A stretch of 64,000 nt of DNA, taken from contig CANRAF010000001.1 in NCBI GenBank assembly GCA_947628535.1, forward strand, positions 268 to 64,267, in the 5' to 3' direction. Shown here in pieces: positions 53,114-61,635 of this stretch. The stretch is from an uncultured Bacilli bacterium. Its GTDB lineage: Bacteria > Bacillota_I > Bacilli_A > RF39 > UBA660. The position numbers and the translations under genes are program-made. Position 1 is the stretch's first letter. Each line of letters opens with the position of its first letter. The notes beneath the pieces are model-generated. The model did no database searches. It had not been told where the DNA came from and was given only the letters and a program-made list of their open reading frames with translations.

Positions 53114-55066
53114 CTATTTCGTTTTTAATTCAAATAATATATCTCTTAACTGCATTGCTCTTTCAAAATCTAGTTCTTTAGCTGCTTTTCTCATTTCTTC
53201 TTCTATTTTATCGATATTTTCTATGTTAATTATATCACTATTTTGAGATTTTTCCATTTTTTCCAGTTCTTTTTCATCAACATTTGATATTAATTCTGGT
53301 ATTTCTTTAATTATTGTTTTAGGGATTATGTTATGTTCTTTATTATACTCTTCTTGAATTGTTCTACGGCGTTTAGTTTCAGTTATTGCTAAATTCATGC
53401 TGTCAGTTACTATATCAGCATACATTATAACGTGTCCATTTGCATTTCTGGCACATCTACCTATAGTTTGAATTAAACTTCTTTCGCTTCTTAAGAATCC
53501 TTCTTTATCAGCATCTAATATAGCGATTAAACTTACTTCAGGAATATCTAAGCCCTCGCGAAGGAGATTTATTCCTACAATACAATCGTATTTACCTTGT
53601 CTTAACTCTCTTATTATTTTTAATCTTTCAAGGGTTTTTATTTCAGAGTGAAGATAGGCTACTTTAATGTCTAAGTCTTTTAAATATTTAGTTAACTCTT
53701 CACTCATTCTAATAGTTAAAGTTGTAATAAGTACACGTTCATTTTTACTTGCTCTTTTTCTTATTTCTCCTACTAAATCATCTATTTGACCTTCAGTTTT
53801 TCTAATTTCTATTGTTGGATCTAATAGTCCTGTTGGACGAATGATTTGATCTACTTTGTTTTCTGCAAGTTCTAGCTCATAGTCCCCGGGAGTTGCTGAT
53901 ACATAGATTATTTGATCTGTTTTGTTTTCAAATTCGTTAAATTTAAGAGGTCTATTATCAAGTGCACTTGGAAGACGAAAACCATATTCTACAAGAGTTG
54001 TTTTTCTTGCTCTATCTCCATTATACATGGCTCTTACTTGGGGTATTGTTACATGTGATTCATCTATTACAAGAAGATAATCATCTCCAAAAAAGTCCAT
54101 TAAAGTTGTAGGTGTTTCTCCTTCTTTTCGGCCACTTAAATGACGAGAATAATTTTCAACTCCACTACAAAAACCTGTTTCTGTAAGCATTTCTATGTCA
54201 TATTTTGTGCGTTGTTCTAATCGTTCTGCCTCGAGAAGTTTGTTATTTTCTCTTAGAAAGGCAAGTCTTTCTTCTAACTCTTCTTTTATTCTTTTTATAG
54301 CTTCTTTTAACTTTTCCTCGCTTGTTACGAAATGACTCGCAGGAAATATTGTTGTATTTTTTATTACATTTAAAACTTTTCCTGTTAAGGTATCTATTTC
54401 AGATATTTTATCTATTTCATCTCCAAAAAATTCTACACGTATTCCATTTCTATTTTCATAAGTTGGGATTATTTCTAAAACGTCTCCTCGGACTCTAAAT
54501 GTACCACGCTTAAAATCATGATCGTTTCGATCATATAACATATCGATTAATTTTTTCATTACTTTATTTCTTTCAATTTCCTCTCCTACTGTTAATGTTA
54601 TAGTATTGTTTTTATATTCTTCAACTTCTCCGATACCATAAATGCAGGAAACTGATGCTACTACTATTACATCTTCTCTTGAAAGAAGAGCACTTGTAGC
54701 TGCGTGTCTTAACTGATCTATTTCATCATTAATTGAGGCATCTTTTTCAATATAGGTATCTGTACCAGGTATGTAGGCTTCTGGTTGATAATAGTCATAG
54801 TAAGAAACAAAATACTCTACTCTGTTTTCAGGAAATAATTCTTTTAATTCAGCATAAAGTTGTCCTGCTAATGTTTTGTTATGTGCAAGAACTAAAGTTT
54901 TTTTGTTGGTTTCTTTTATTACATTAGCTATGGTAAAAGTTTTTCCAGTACCTGTTGCTCCGAGAAGTACTTGATGTTTTTTTCCATCTTTTATGCCATT
55001 TACTAAACTATTTATCGCTTGTGGTTGGTCCCCGCTTGGTTTATACTTCGAATGTATTTTAAACAT
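53114..55066 (-). CDS. uvrB: excinuclease ABC subunit B
   Basis: [31 protein letters not shown]. Confidence 0.98.
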   Translation of the reverse strand: MFKIHSKYKPSGDQPQAINSLVNGIKDGKKHQVLLGATGTGKTFTIANVIKETNKKTLVLAHNKTLAGQLYAELKELFPENRVEYFVSYYDYYQPEAYIPGTDTYIEKDASINDEIDQLRHAATSALLSREDVIVVASVSCIYGIGEVEEYKNNTITLTVGEEIERNKVMKKLIDMLYDRNDHDFKRGTFRVRGDVLEIIPTYENRNGIRVEFFGDEIDKISEIDTLTGKVLNVIKNTTIFPASHFVTSEEKLKEAIKRIKEELEERLAFLRENNKLLEAERLEQRTKYDIEMLTETGFCSGVENYSRHLSGRKEGETPTTLMDFFGDDYLLVIDESHVTIPQVRAMYNGDRARKTTLVEYGFRLPSALDNRPLKFNEFENKTDQIIYVSATPGDYELELAENKVDQIIRPTGLLDPTIEIRKTEGQIDDLVGEIRKRASKNERVLITTLTIRMSEELTKYLKDLDIKVAYLHSEIKTLERLKIIRELRQGKYDCIVGINLLREGLDIPEVSLIAILDADKEGFLRSERSLIQTIGRCARNANGHVIMYADIVTDSMNLAITETKRRRTIQEEYNKEHNIIPKTIIKEIPELISNVDEKELEKMEKSQNSDIINIENIDKIEEEMRKAAKELDFERAMQLRDILFELKTK

Positions 55067-55143
55067 AAGATTGCCTCCCTTTTAATATGTTTATTATATC
55101 ATTAGTTGTACAAATAAAAAAGCTATTAGAAAATTAATAGCTT

Positions 55144-55677
55144 TTATTCTTCTTCAATAATTCCGTAATCATTATGTTTTCTTTTATATATTACTGCAAC
55201 TTTATCAGTTTCAATGTTTTTAAACATGTAGAAATCATGATTTAATAATTCCATTTGAAGAATTGCTTCTTCCTCATCCATTGGTTTTAATTCTACTGTT
55301 TTTCTCTTAACTATTTGATTTTGGTTTTCTTCATCTGAATCTATATTTTCAATATTTAAAATGAAATCAAATTTTCCTTTTTGTTTTTTTCCTGAAATTC
55401 TTGTTTTATTTTTAACAATTTGTCTTTCTAATTTATCAATAGATGTATCAATAACAGCGTAAAAATCTACACCTTCTTCTTCTACTCTTAAAGTGCATCC
55501 TTTAAGAGGTATAGTTACTTCAATTTTTTGTTTTGGCCCATATACTTTGAATAGAATGGTACCTGTTACTTCATCACTGTTTTCTATGTACTTATTTAAC
55601 TTTTGAATTTTTTCTTCAGCATAATTTTTCATAGAATCAGTTATATTTGTTTTTTCACCACGAATATTTAATTTCAT
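55144..55677 (-). CDS. hpf: ribosome hibernation promoting factor (long HPF)
   Basis: S30AE fold, IDKLERQI, KPMDEEEAILQMELLNHDFY. Confidence 0.93.
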   Translation of the reverse strand: MKLNIRGEKTNITDSMKNYAEEKIQKLNKYIENSDEVTGTILFKVYGPKQKIEVTIPLKGCTLRVEEEGVDFYAVIDTSIDKLERQIVKNKTRISGKKQKGKFDFILNIENIDSDEENQNQIVKRKTVELKPMDEEEAILQMELLNHDFYMFKNIETDKVAVIYKRKHNDYGIIEEE

Positions 55678-55757
55678 AATATCATCTCCTTTATTTAAGT
55701 TTATCATATTTATAAAAAAAATAAAACCACAAAAGTGGTTTAATGAAGAATAAAAAG

Positions 55758-56006
55758 TTAAGAAATTAATTTTAAAAAAGCTTCTTTGTGAAAGTTGTTT
55801 AAACTTCTCACCGAATAGTATTTCTGTGCCCTCCCATATTTCGAAAAATCCATATTGTATGATATGTATGTTAAACTCTGTTTCTTCCAGTATATCCTTA
55901 CTATTATCTCTGTCTCATACCCATTCAATCCCTTTTCTCTACATTTCTCTATTAATTCCTCTTTGTTCGTCGGTAAATTCATCAATGTCTTTAATCTCTT
56001 TGGCAC
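55758..56006 (-). CDS. sigma-region-4/ArpU-like HTH protein, copy 1
   Basis: ETEIIVRIYWKKQSLTYIS...YSVRSLNNFHKEAFLKL; GTG start overlapping the upstream stop; the 3 inter-copy SNPs are all synonymous in this frame. Confidence 0.65.
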   Translation of the reverse strand: MPKRLKTLMNLPTNKEELIEKCREKGLNGYETEIIVRIYWKKQSLTYISYNMDFSKYGRAQKYYSVRSLNNFHKEAFLKLIS

Positions 56007-56443
56007 TTCTCTTCTCCCTTTACTACTATATAGTTCATGTATACCGCTAACATACTACCTAATATTATACATAATAACACACTTACATATATGCTCGGTA
56101 TTAAGGCTGTTATTATATAAAATATTGTCCATGTGAATGTCGTACATGCCACTGTCGAGTTTAAATGAAATGTCTCCCCTAAAAGTGTTCTCACAAAGAA
56201 AAATCCTATTAGAAAAAATGATAACTCTGCAAACGCATCATTAAAATATGCTATTACAAATACTCCCGCTGTTTGTATTAATTGAAGTGGTATTGTTATT
56301 CCATAAAATATTACATTTTCTATTATTCTCTCTAATTTTTCTGCTCTTGTTTGGGCAAAATTCTCTATCGATGCTGTATTATTAAACCAAATCCCGTTCT
56401 TTCTCTTTCTCTTCTCTTTTTCTTCGTTTCCTTTCTTATTCAT
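55991..56443 (-). CDS. AgrB-like membrane peptidase, copy 1
   Basis: VRTLLGETFHLNSTVAC retains R...G..H-x6-C (His-Cys spacing as in S. aureus AgrB H77/C84); about 4 TM; GGAGG RBS. Confidence 0.65.
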   Translation of the reverse strand: MNKKGNEEKEKRKRKNGIWFNNTASIENFAQTRAEKLERIIENVIFYGITIPLQLIQTAGVFVIAYFNDAFAELSFFLIGFFFVRTLLGETFHLNSTVACTTFTWTIFYIITALIPSIYVSVLLCIILGSMLAVYMNYIVVKGEEKCQRD

Positions 56444-56505
56444 TTATTCCTCCTATTTGTTTAATAATAGACAAGGGCCCTTTTATCTATTATTCTTTTT
56501 ATTTA

Positions 56506-56598
56506 TTATTTTGCTATGTTAACTACTTTTTTTGCTAGTTTCTTTGCAAATTTGTTTTCTTTGTCGAATTTGCCCCACCATAATAGGCTTTGTCCCAT
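56506..56598 (-). CDS. 30-aa peptide MGQSLLWWGKFDKENKFAKKLAKKVVNIAK, copy 1 (absent from the ORF track)
   Basis: AGAGGTG RBS, ATG at 56598, TAA-TAA; overlaps the 3' end of the membrane-protein gene in another frame. Confidence 0.65.
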   Translation of the reverse strand: MGQSLLWWGKFDKENKFAKKLAKKVVNIAK

Positions 56599-57190
56599 CT
56601 TTTACACCTCTTTTCTTTAAATATACTTCTTTTACTAATATAATTATTCCCATAATTATAAAGTAATCTATTGATAATAAATTCCTCGTTGTTTCATTTA
56701 TTTGTGTAAAATCTATAAATCTTACTTTATACATATATGTTATTCCTTCTATTACTACATTTAATCCTATACTTAAAAATATATATATGATACTTCTTAT
56801 TTTTCTTTTTGAATATATATAACCAAATACTATGAAGAAGATTATTACAAATAATTGTGCTATTCCTTTATCAAATATTCCTACTACTAATATATTTAGT
56901 AATAAATATACAATACTAAATTTAAATAATTTCTTGGCATCTTTTACTCTAAACACTATGAGCATAACTGCATAAAAATTTAATATGATAACTATCCAAT
57001 TTGTTATATAATCTATTGCTTTTATAACATTTATTTCCTTTAGATTTTCATATGTTACTGCATAATGTGGAAATCCCATACTTTCCATAGCTGTATTGAA
57101 TATTATTAACATAACCATTATTATCAGTAACCACACTACTACCTTTGCTATTTTCTCATTTACCCCTAACCATTTTATGAAATCCTTCAT
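56519..57190 (-). CDS. multi-pass membrane protein (about 6 TM, no kinase domain), copy 1
   Basis: GAGGT RBS before MKDFIKW; hydrophobic helices; TATAAT at 57215-57210. Confidence 0.75.
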   Translation of the reverse strand: MKDFIKWLGVNEKIAKVVVWLLIIMVMLIIFNTAMESMGFPHYAVTYENLKEINVIKAIDYITNWIVIILNFYAVMLIVFRVKDAKKLFKFSIVYLLLNILVVGIFDKGIAQLFVIIFFIVFGYIYSKRKIRSIIYIFLSIGLNVVIEGITYMYKVRFIDFTQINETTRNLLSIDYFIIMGIIILVKEVYLKKRGVKDGTKPIMVGQIRQRKQICKETSKKSS

Positions 57191-57351
57191 ATATACTACC
57201 TCACTTCCGATTATACTATATCTATCTTTCTTTGTAACGCAATTGTTACGCAAATGATGTGCTTTTCCATTTTTTTCCATTTACTATTTTATCATCTTTT
57301 TAATTTGTAATGGAACTTATTTGTTACTTTATTTATATTATAATGTTTTTA

Positions 57352-57380
57352 TTGAGTTTTTCATAGTTTTATGTTATAAT
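57352..57380 (+). promoter_or_regulatory. ssrA promoter
   Basis: TTGAGT-17-TATAAT with TG extension, 8 nt before the tmRNA 5' end. Confidence 0.75.
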
Positions 57381-57388
57381 TAGTCCAC

Positions 57389-57733
57389 GGGGACGATAGG
57401 GTTCGACAAGAGTATAATGATTTAAACTGCAAGTAGATGGCAATCTTTAAATGCATTTTTAAAAATAACTGGAAACAGACAATTACAATTCGCTTAATTT
57501 AATTAACTAGAGCGAGCTCTTGTATATTCTCTGCTTACTGGAATATATTAGGGTAATACTAAGTAGGCTATATTACTATAGTTCCTATATATAGTAATGA
57601 ATTTTTATAGGATAGTTGTCTATGTGGTTGTTAATTGCTTTGTGGATAATGAATTTTTTCAATTAACTAAACTTGTAGATGTTTAAATTTAATTTGCTTT
57701 TGGACAGGAGTTCAATTCTCCTCGTCTCCACCA
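57389..57733 (+). ncRNA. ssrA: tmRNA
   Basis: 5' GGGGACG...TTCGAC pairs with 3' CGTCTCCACCA (G3:U), T-loop TTCAATT, ATAACT resume context followed by tag ORF GNRQLQFA-stop (57471-57497). Confidence 0.95.
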
Positions 57734-57757
57734 TTAAGTAATAATTTTTTTATAAAT

Positions 57758-57831
57758 GCCGATTTAGTTTAGTGGTAAAACAGATGCATGGTAAGCATCA
57801 GAGATCAGTTCAATTCTGTTAATCGGCACCA
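57758..57831 (+). tRNA. tRNA-Thr(GGU)
   Basis: GCCGATT/AATCGGC acceptor stem, GATGC-ATGGTAA-GCATC anticodon arm, ACCA end; one T-stem mismatch. Confidence 0.85.
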
Positions 57832-57895
57832 GAGTGTTTTTTGTAAAAACATTTTTATGATATATTAAATATGTTTCAAAATTTTGTATAAAGTA

Positions 57896-57929
57896 AAAAC
57901 TTAGCAAAAATATTAATTTGCTAAGTTTT
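57896..57929. terminator. hairpin between ssrA-tRNA and cassette copy 2
   Basis: AAAACTTAGCAAA...TTTGCTAAGTTTT. Confidence 0.75.
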
Positions 57930-57957
57930 ATTTTTATTATATCTGAAGAATAAAAAG

Positions 57958-58206
57958 TTAAGAAATTAATTTTAAAAAAGCTTCTTTGTGAAAGTTGTTT
58001 AAACTTCTCACTGAATAGTATTTCTGTGCCCTCCCATATTTCGAAAAATCCATATTATATGATATGTATGTTAAACTCTGTTTCTTCCAGTATATCCTTA
58101 CTATTATCTCTGTCTCATACCCATTCAATCCTTTTTCTCTACATTTCTCTATTAATTCCTCTTTGTTCGTCGGTAAATTCATCAATGTCTTTAATCTCTT
58201 TGGCAC
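57958..58206 (-). CDS. sigma-region-4/ArpU-like HTH protein, copy 2
   Basis: Protein identical to copy 1. Confidence 0.65.
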   Translation of the reverse strand: MPKRLKTLMNLPTNKEELIEKCREKGLNGYETEIIVRIYWKKQSLTYISYNMDFSKYGRAQKYYSVRSLNNFHKEAFLKLIS

Positions 58207-58643
58207 TTCTCTTCTCCCTTTACTACTATATAGTTCATGTATACCGCTAACATACTACCTAATATTATACATAATAACACACTTACATATATGCTCGGTA
58301 TTAAGGCTGTTATTATATAAAATATTGTCCATGTGAATGTCGTACATGCCACTGTCGAGTTTAAATGAAATGTCTCCCCTAAAAGTGTTCTCACAAAGAA
58401 AAATCCTATTAGAAAAAATGATAACTCTGCAAACGCATCATTAAAATATGCTATTACAAATACTCCCGCTGTTTGTATTAATTGAAGTGGTATTGTTATT
58501 CCATAAAATATTACATTTTCTATTATTCTCTCTAATTTTTCTGCTCTTGTTTGGGCAAAATTCTCTATCGATGCTGTATTATTAAACCAAATCCCGTTCT
58601 TTCTCTTTCTCTTCTCTTTTTCTTCGTTTCCTTTCTTATTCAT
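58191..58643 (-). CDS. AgrB-like membrane peptidase, copy 2
   Basis: Identical to copy 1. Confidence 0.65.
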   Translation of the reverse strand: MNKKGNEEKEKRKRKNGIWFNNTASIENFAQTRAEKLERIIENVIFYGITIPLQLIQTAGVFVIAYFNDAFAELSFFLIGFFFVRTLLGETFHLNSTVACTTFTWTIFYIITALIPSIYVSVLLCIILGSMLAVYMNYIVVKGEEKCQRD

Positions 58644-58705
58644 TTATTCCTCCTATTTGTTTAATAATAGACAAGGGCCCTTTTATCTATTATTCTTTTT
58701 ATTTA

Positions 58706-58798
58706 TTATTTTGCTATGTTAACTACTTTTTTTGCTAGTTTCTTTGCAAATTTGTTTTCTTTGTCGAATTTGCCCCACCATAATAGGCTTTGTCCCAT
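58706..58798 (-). CDS. 30-aa peptide, copy 2
   Basis: Identical to copy 1. Confidence 0.65.
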   Translation of the reverse strand: MGQSLLWWGKFDKENKFAKKLAKKVVNIAK

Positions 58799-59390
58799 CT
58801 TTTACACCTCTTTTCTTTAAATATACTTCTTTTACTAATATAATTATTCCCATAATTATAAAGTAATCTATTGATAATAAATTCCTCGTTGTTTCATTTA
58901 TTTGTGTAAAATCTATAAATCTTACTTTATACATATATGTTATTCCTTCTATTACTACATTTAATCCTATACTTAAAAATATATATATGATACTTCTTAT
59001 TTTTCTTTTTGAATATATATAACCAAATACTATGAAGAAGATTATTACAAATAATTGTGCTATTCCTTTATCAAATATTCCTACTACTAATATATTTAGT
59101 AATAAATATACAATACTAAATTTAAATAATTTCTTGGCATCTTTTACTCTAAACACTATGAGCATAACTGCATAAAAATTTAATATGATAACTATCCAAT
59201 TTGTTATATAATCTATTGCTTTTATAACATTTATTTCCTTTAGATTTTCATATGTTACTGCATAATGTGGAAATCCCATACTTTCCATAGCTGTATTGAA
59301 TATTATTAACATAACCATTATTATCAGTAACCACACTACTACCTTTGCTATTTTCTCATTTACCCCTAACCATTTTATGAAATCCTTCAT
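58719..59390 (-). CDS. multi-pass membrane protein, copy 2
   Basis: Identical to copy 1. Confidence 0.75.
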   Translation of the reverse strand: MKDFIKWLGVNEKIAKVVVWLLIIMVMLIIFNTAMESMGFPHYAVTYENLKEINVIKAIDYITNWIVIILNFYAVMLIVFRVKDAKKLFKFSIVYLLLNILVVGIFDKGIAQLFVIIFFIVFGYIYSKRKIRSIIYIFLSIGLNVVIEGITYMYKVRFIDFTQINETTRNLLSIDYFIIMGIIILVKEVYLKKRGVKDGTKPIMVGQIRQRKQICKETSKKSS

Positions 59391-59542
59391 ATATACTACC
59401 TCACTTCCGATTATACTATATCTATCTTTCTTTGTAACGCAATTGTTACGCAAATGATGTGCTTTTCCATTTTTTTCCATTTACTATTTTATCATCTTTT
59501 TTAGCCCTTTTTATTTTTTTTAACATAAAAAAAAGAATTTTG

Positions 59543-60586
59543 TCAATTCTTTCCTTTTTTATCAGCAATAATACTCGTTTTTGTAATTATAAATCCTATT
59601 AATAAAAGTATAAATATATATATTATTATTCCTAGTGTTTTATCATTTATTGAATAAATTACAGAAGCAAATGCAAATAATATATTCATTGCATAAATTG
59701 CAAGTACTGTATTTCTATGTGATAGCCCTAAATTTAAAAGTTGATGATGCAGATGAGCTTTATCAGGCATATATATTGGTTGTTTTTTTATCATTCTTCT
59801 AATAATTGCAAATAATGTATCTAAAATTGGTATTCCTAATAATAATATTGGAATAAAGAATGATGTCATTGTTACTGTTTTAAATCCTAATAGTGATATA
59901 GTTGCTATCATAAAACCTTGAAACATTGAACCAGAATCTCCTGAAAATATTTTTGCTGGATAAAAGTTATGACATAGGAATCCAAGTGATGCTCCGAGCA
60001 TAATGAATGCAAGAGATACATCTAATCCTCCGAAACTTGCTTTTATAAAAGCAATTATTCCTATTGTGGAATAAAAAATGCTACATGTTCCTGTTGATAG
60101 TCCATCCAGTCCATCTATTAAATTTATTATATTTATACATCCAACTATAAATAATATAGTAAGTGGGTAAGTAAAAATACCAAAATCTATATGGAAACTG
60201 CCTATAGTTATTTTATCAAGTGCTATACCACCATAGAATAGAACAATTGCTGCAGCAATTATTTGTCCTAAAAGTTTTGTTTTAGCTCCTAGTGGACTAA
60301 TATCATCTATTACTCCGACTATTATAATTATAAATGCTCCAATTAATATTGAATTCATTTGAATGCTTTGTACCCCAAATAGCATATAGCCAAAAAGAAA
60401 TGTTAGAAAAACTCCGAGTCCTCCTAGTCTAGGCATTGGCTTAGTGTGAACTTTTCTTTTATCTGGCATATCAATAGCTCCAATATGTTTTGCTACTTTC
60501 TTTATATAAAATGTCACTAAAAATGAAAAGATAAAACAAGTTGCAATTATTATAAAGATATGCAAATGATTACTTAAATCTAACAT
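59543..60586 (-). CDS. tagO: TagO/WecA-family UDP-GlcNAc:undecaprenyl-P GlcNAc-1-P transferase
   Basis: GVIDD, INLIDGLDGL, IFSGDSGS, DKAHLHH. Confidence 0.88.
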   Translation of the reverse strand: MLDLSNHLHIFIIIATCFIFSFLVTFYIKKVAKHIGAIDMPDKRKVHTKPMPRLGGLGVFLTFLFGYMLFGVQSIQMNSILIGAFIIIIVGVIDDISPLGAKTKLLGQIIAAAIVLFYGGIALDKITIGSFHIDFGIFTYPLTILFIVGCINIINLIDGLDGLSTGTCSIFYSTIGIIAFIKASFGGLDVSLAFIMLGASLGFLCHNFYPAKIFSGDSGSMFQGFMIATISLLGFKTVTMTSFFIPILLLGIPILDTLFAIIRRMIKKQPIYMPDKAHLHHQLLNLGLSHRNTVLAIYAMNILFAFASVIYSINDKTLGIIIYIFILLLIGFIITKTSIIADKKGKN

Positions 60587-60644
60587 AATACCACCTATAG
60601 TGATTATAACATGCCTTTATAAAAAAATATAGATAAAATATTGT

Positions 60645-61634
60645 TTATTTATCTATATAATATAGTTTTTCTAACATTATTCCTGTACCTTCTGCTACAC
60701 ATGAAAGCGGTTCTTCTGCTTTAAATACTGGTACTTTTAATTCTTCTTGAAGTAATTCTGGTAGGCCATTTAAAAGAGCGCCACCACCAGTAATTATTAT
60801 TCCTCTTTCTATTATATCTGCTGAAAGTTCAGGAGGAGTTTGTTCTAAAACTACTTTTATCATAGCTACTATCTTTTTAATGCTTTCTTTTAAGGCAACT
60901 TCTATTTCCTCACTTGATATAGTTATTGTTTTTGGAAGTCCTCCTACCAAATCTCTTCCTTTTACTTCCATTTTATTTTTACTTTTTCCTTGCTTAACTG
61001 TTCCTATTTTTATTTTAATGTTTTCTGCTGTTTTTTCTCCAACTAACAATTTATATTTTTCTTTTATATAATCAATTATATTTTGATCAAAAGTATTGCC
61101 TGCTGTTTTTATTGAGGCACTTGTAACAATATTTCCAAGTGATAGAACTGCTATATCTGTTGTTCCTCCACCAATATCTACAACCATATTACCTTCAGGT
61201 TTTCCTATATCAAGCCCTGCTCCTACTGCCGCTACTTTAGGTTCTTCTTCTACAAATACTTTTTTGGCCCCTGTTTTTTCTGCTACTTCTTTAATTGCAT
61301 TTTTCTCAACTTCTGTTATATTTGATGGACAACATATTAATATTCTAGGTTTACTAATTTTTGTTCCTAGTTTAACTTTTCTTAAAAAATGCTCAAGTAA
61401 GGATGCAACCATATCAAAATTGGCGATAACTCCATCTTTCATTGGTTTTATAGCTTTTAATTTTCCTGGTGTCTTTCCAAGCATACTATTTGCTTCTTCA
61501 CCAACTGCTATTACATCTTTAGTTTCATCATCTATTACTATGACACTTGGTTCATTTAGAACTATTCCTTCACCTTTTACATATATAAGGATATTAACTG
61601 TTCCTAAATCTATTCCTATGTCTTTGCTAAACAT
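60645..61634 (-). CDS. mbl: MreB-family actin (Mbl by synteny)
   Basis: DIGIDLGT, VDIGGGT, TGGGALL; lies downstream of murA and spoIIQ-like genes. Confidence 0.85.
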   Translation of the reverse strand: MFSKDIGIDLGTVNILIYVKGEGIVLNEPSVIVIDDETKDVIAVGEEANSMLGKTPGKLKAIKPMKDGVIANFDMVASLLEHFLRKVKLGTKISKPRILICCPSNITEVEKNAIKEVAEKTGAKKVFVEEEPKVAAVGAGLDIGKPEGNMVVDIGGGTTDIAVLSLGNIVTSASIKTAGNTFDQNIIDYIKEKYKLLVGEKTAENIKIKIGTVKQGKSKNKMEVKGRDLVGGLPKTITISSEEIEVALKESIKKIVAMIKVVLEQTPPELSADIIERGIIITGGGALLNGLPELLQEELKVPVFKAEEPLSCVAEGTGIMLEKLYYIDK

Positions 61635-61635
61635 A

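Larger units (their letters stand above)
55744..57301. repeat. 1558-bp direct repeat, copy 1 (Agr-like cassette)
   Basis: Line-by-line comparison with 57944-59501 (offset 2200) found only 3 substitutions. Confidence 0.95.
57944..59501. repeat. 1558-bp direct repeat, copy 2 (Agr-like cassette)
   Basis: Matches 55744-57301 except at 58012, 58057 and 58132. Confidence 0.95.

Noticed and set aside
57191-57280. 30-aa N-terminal extension of the cassette membrane protein (MEKNGK...)
   Set aside because: It overlaps the operator and -10 element; a good RBS precedes MKDFIKW at 57190.
55744-59501. The duplication as a pure assembly artefact
   Set aside because: The copies differ at three synonymous sites and have distinct, sensible flanks on both sides. 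An artefact is less likely but not excluded without spanning reads.
55700-59550. Prophage, ICE or IS at ssrA/tRNA-Thr
   Set aside because: No integrase, transposase, terminal inverted repeats, consistent target-site duplication or duplicated tRNA/tmRNA 3' end was found.
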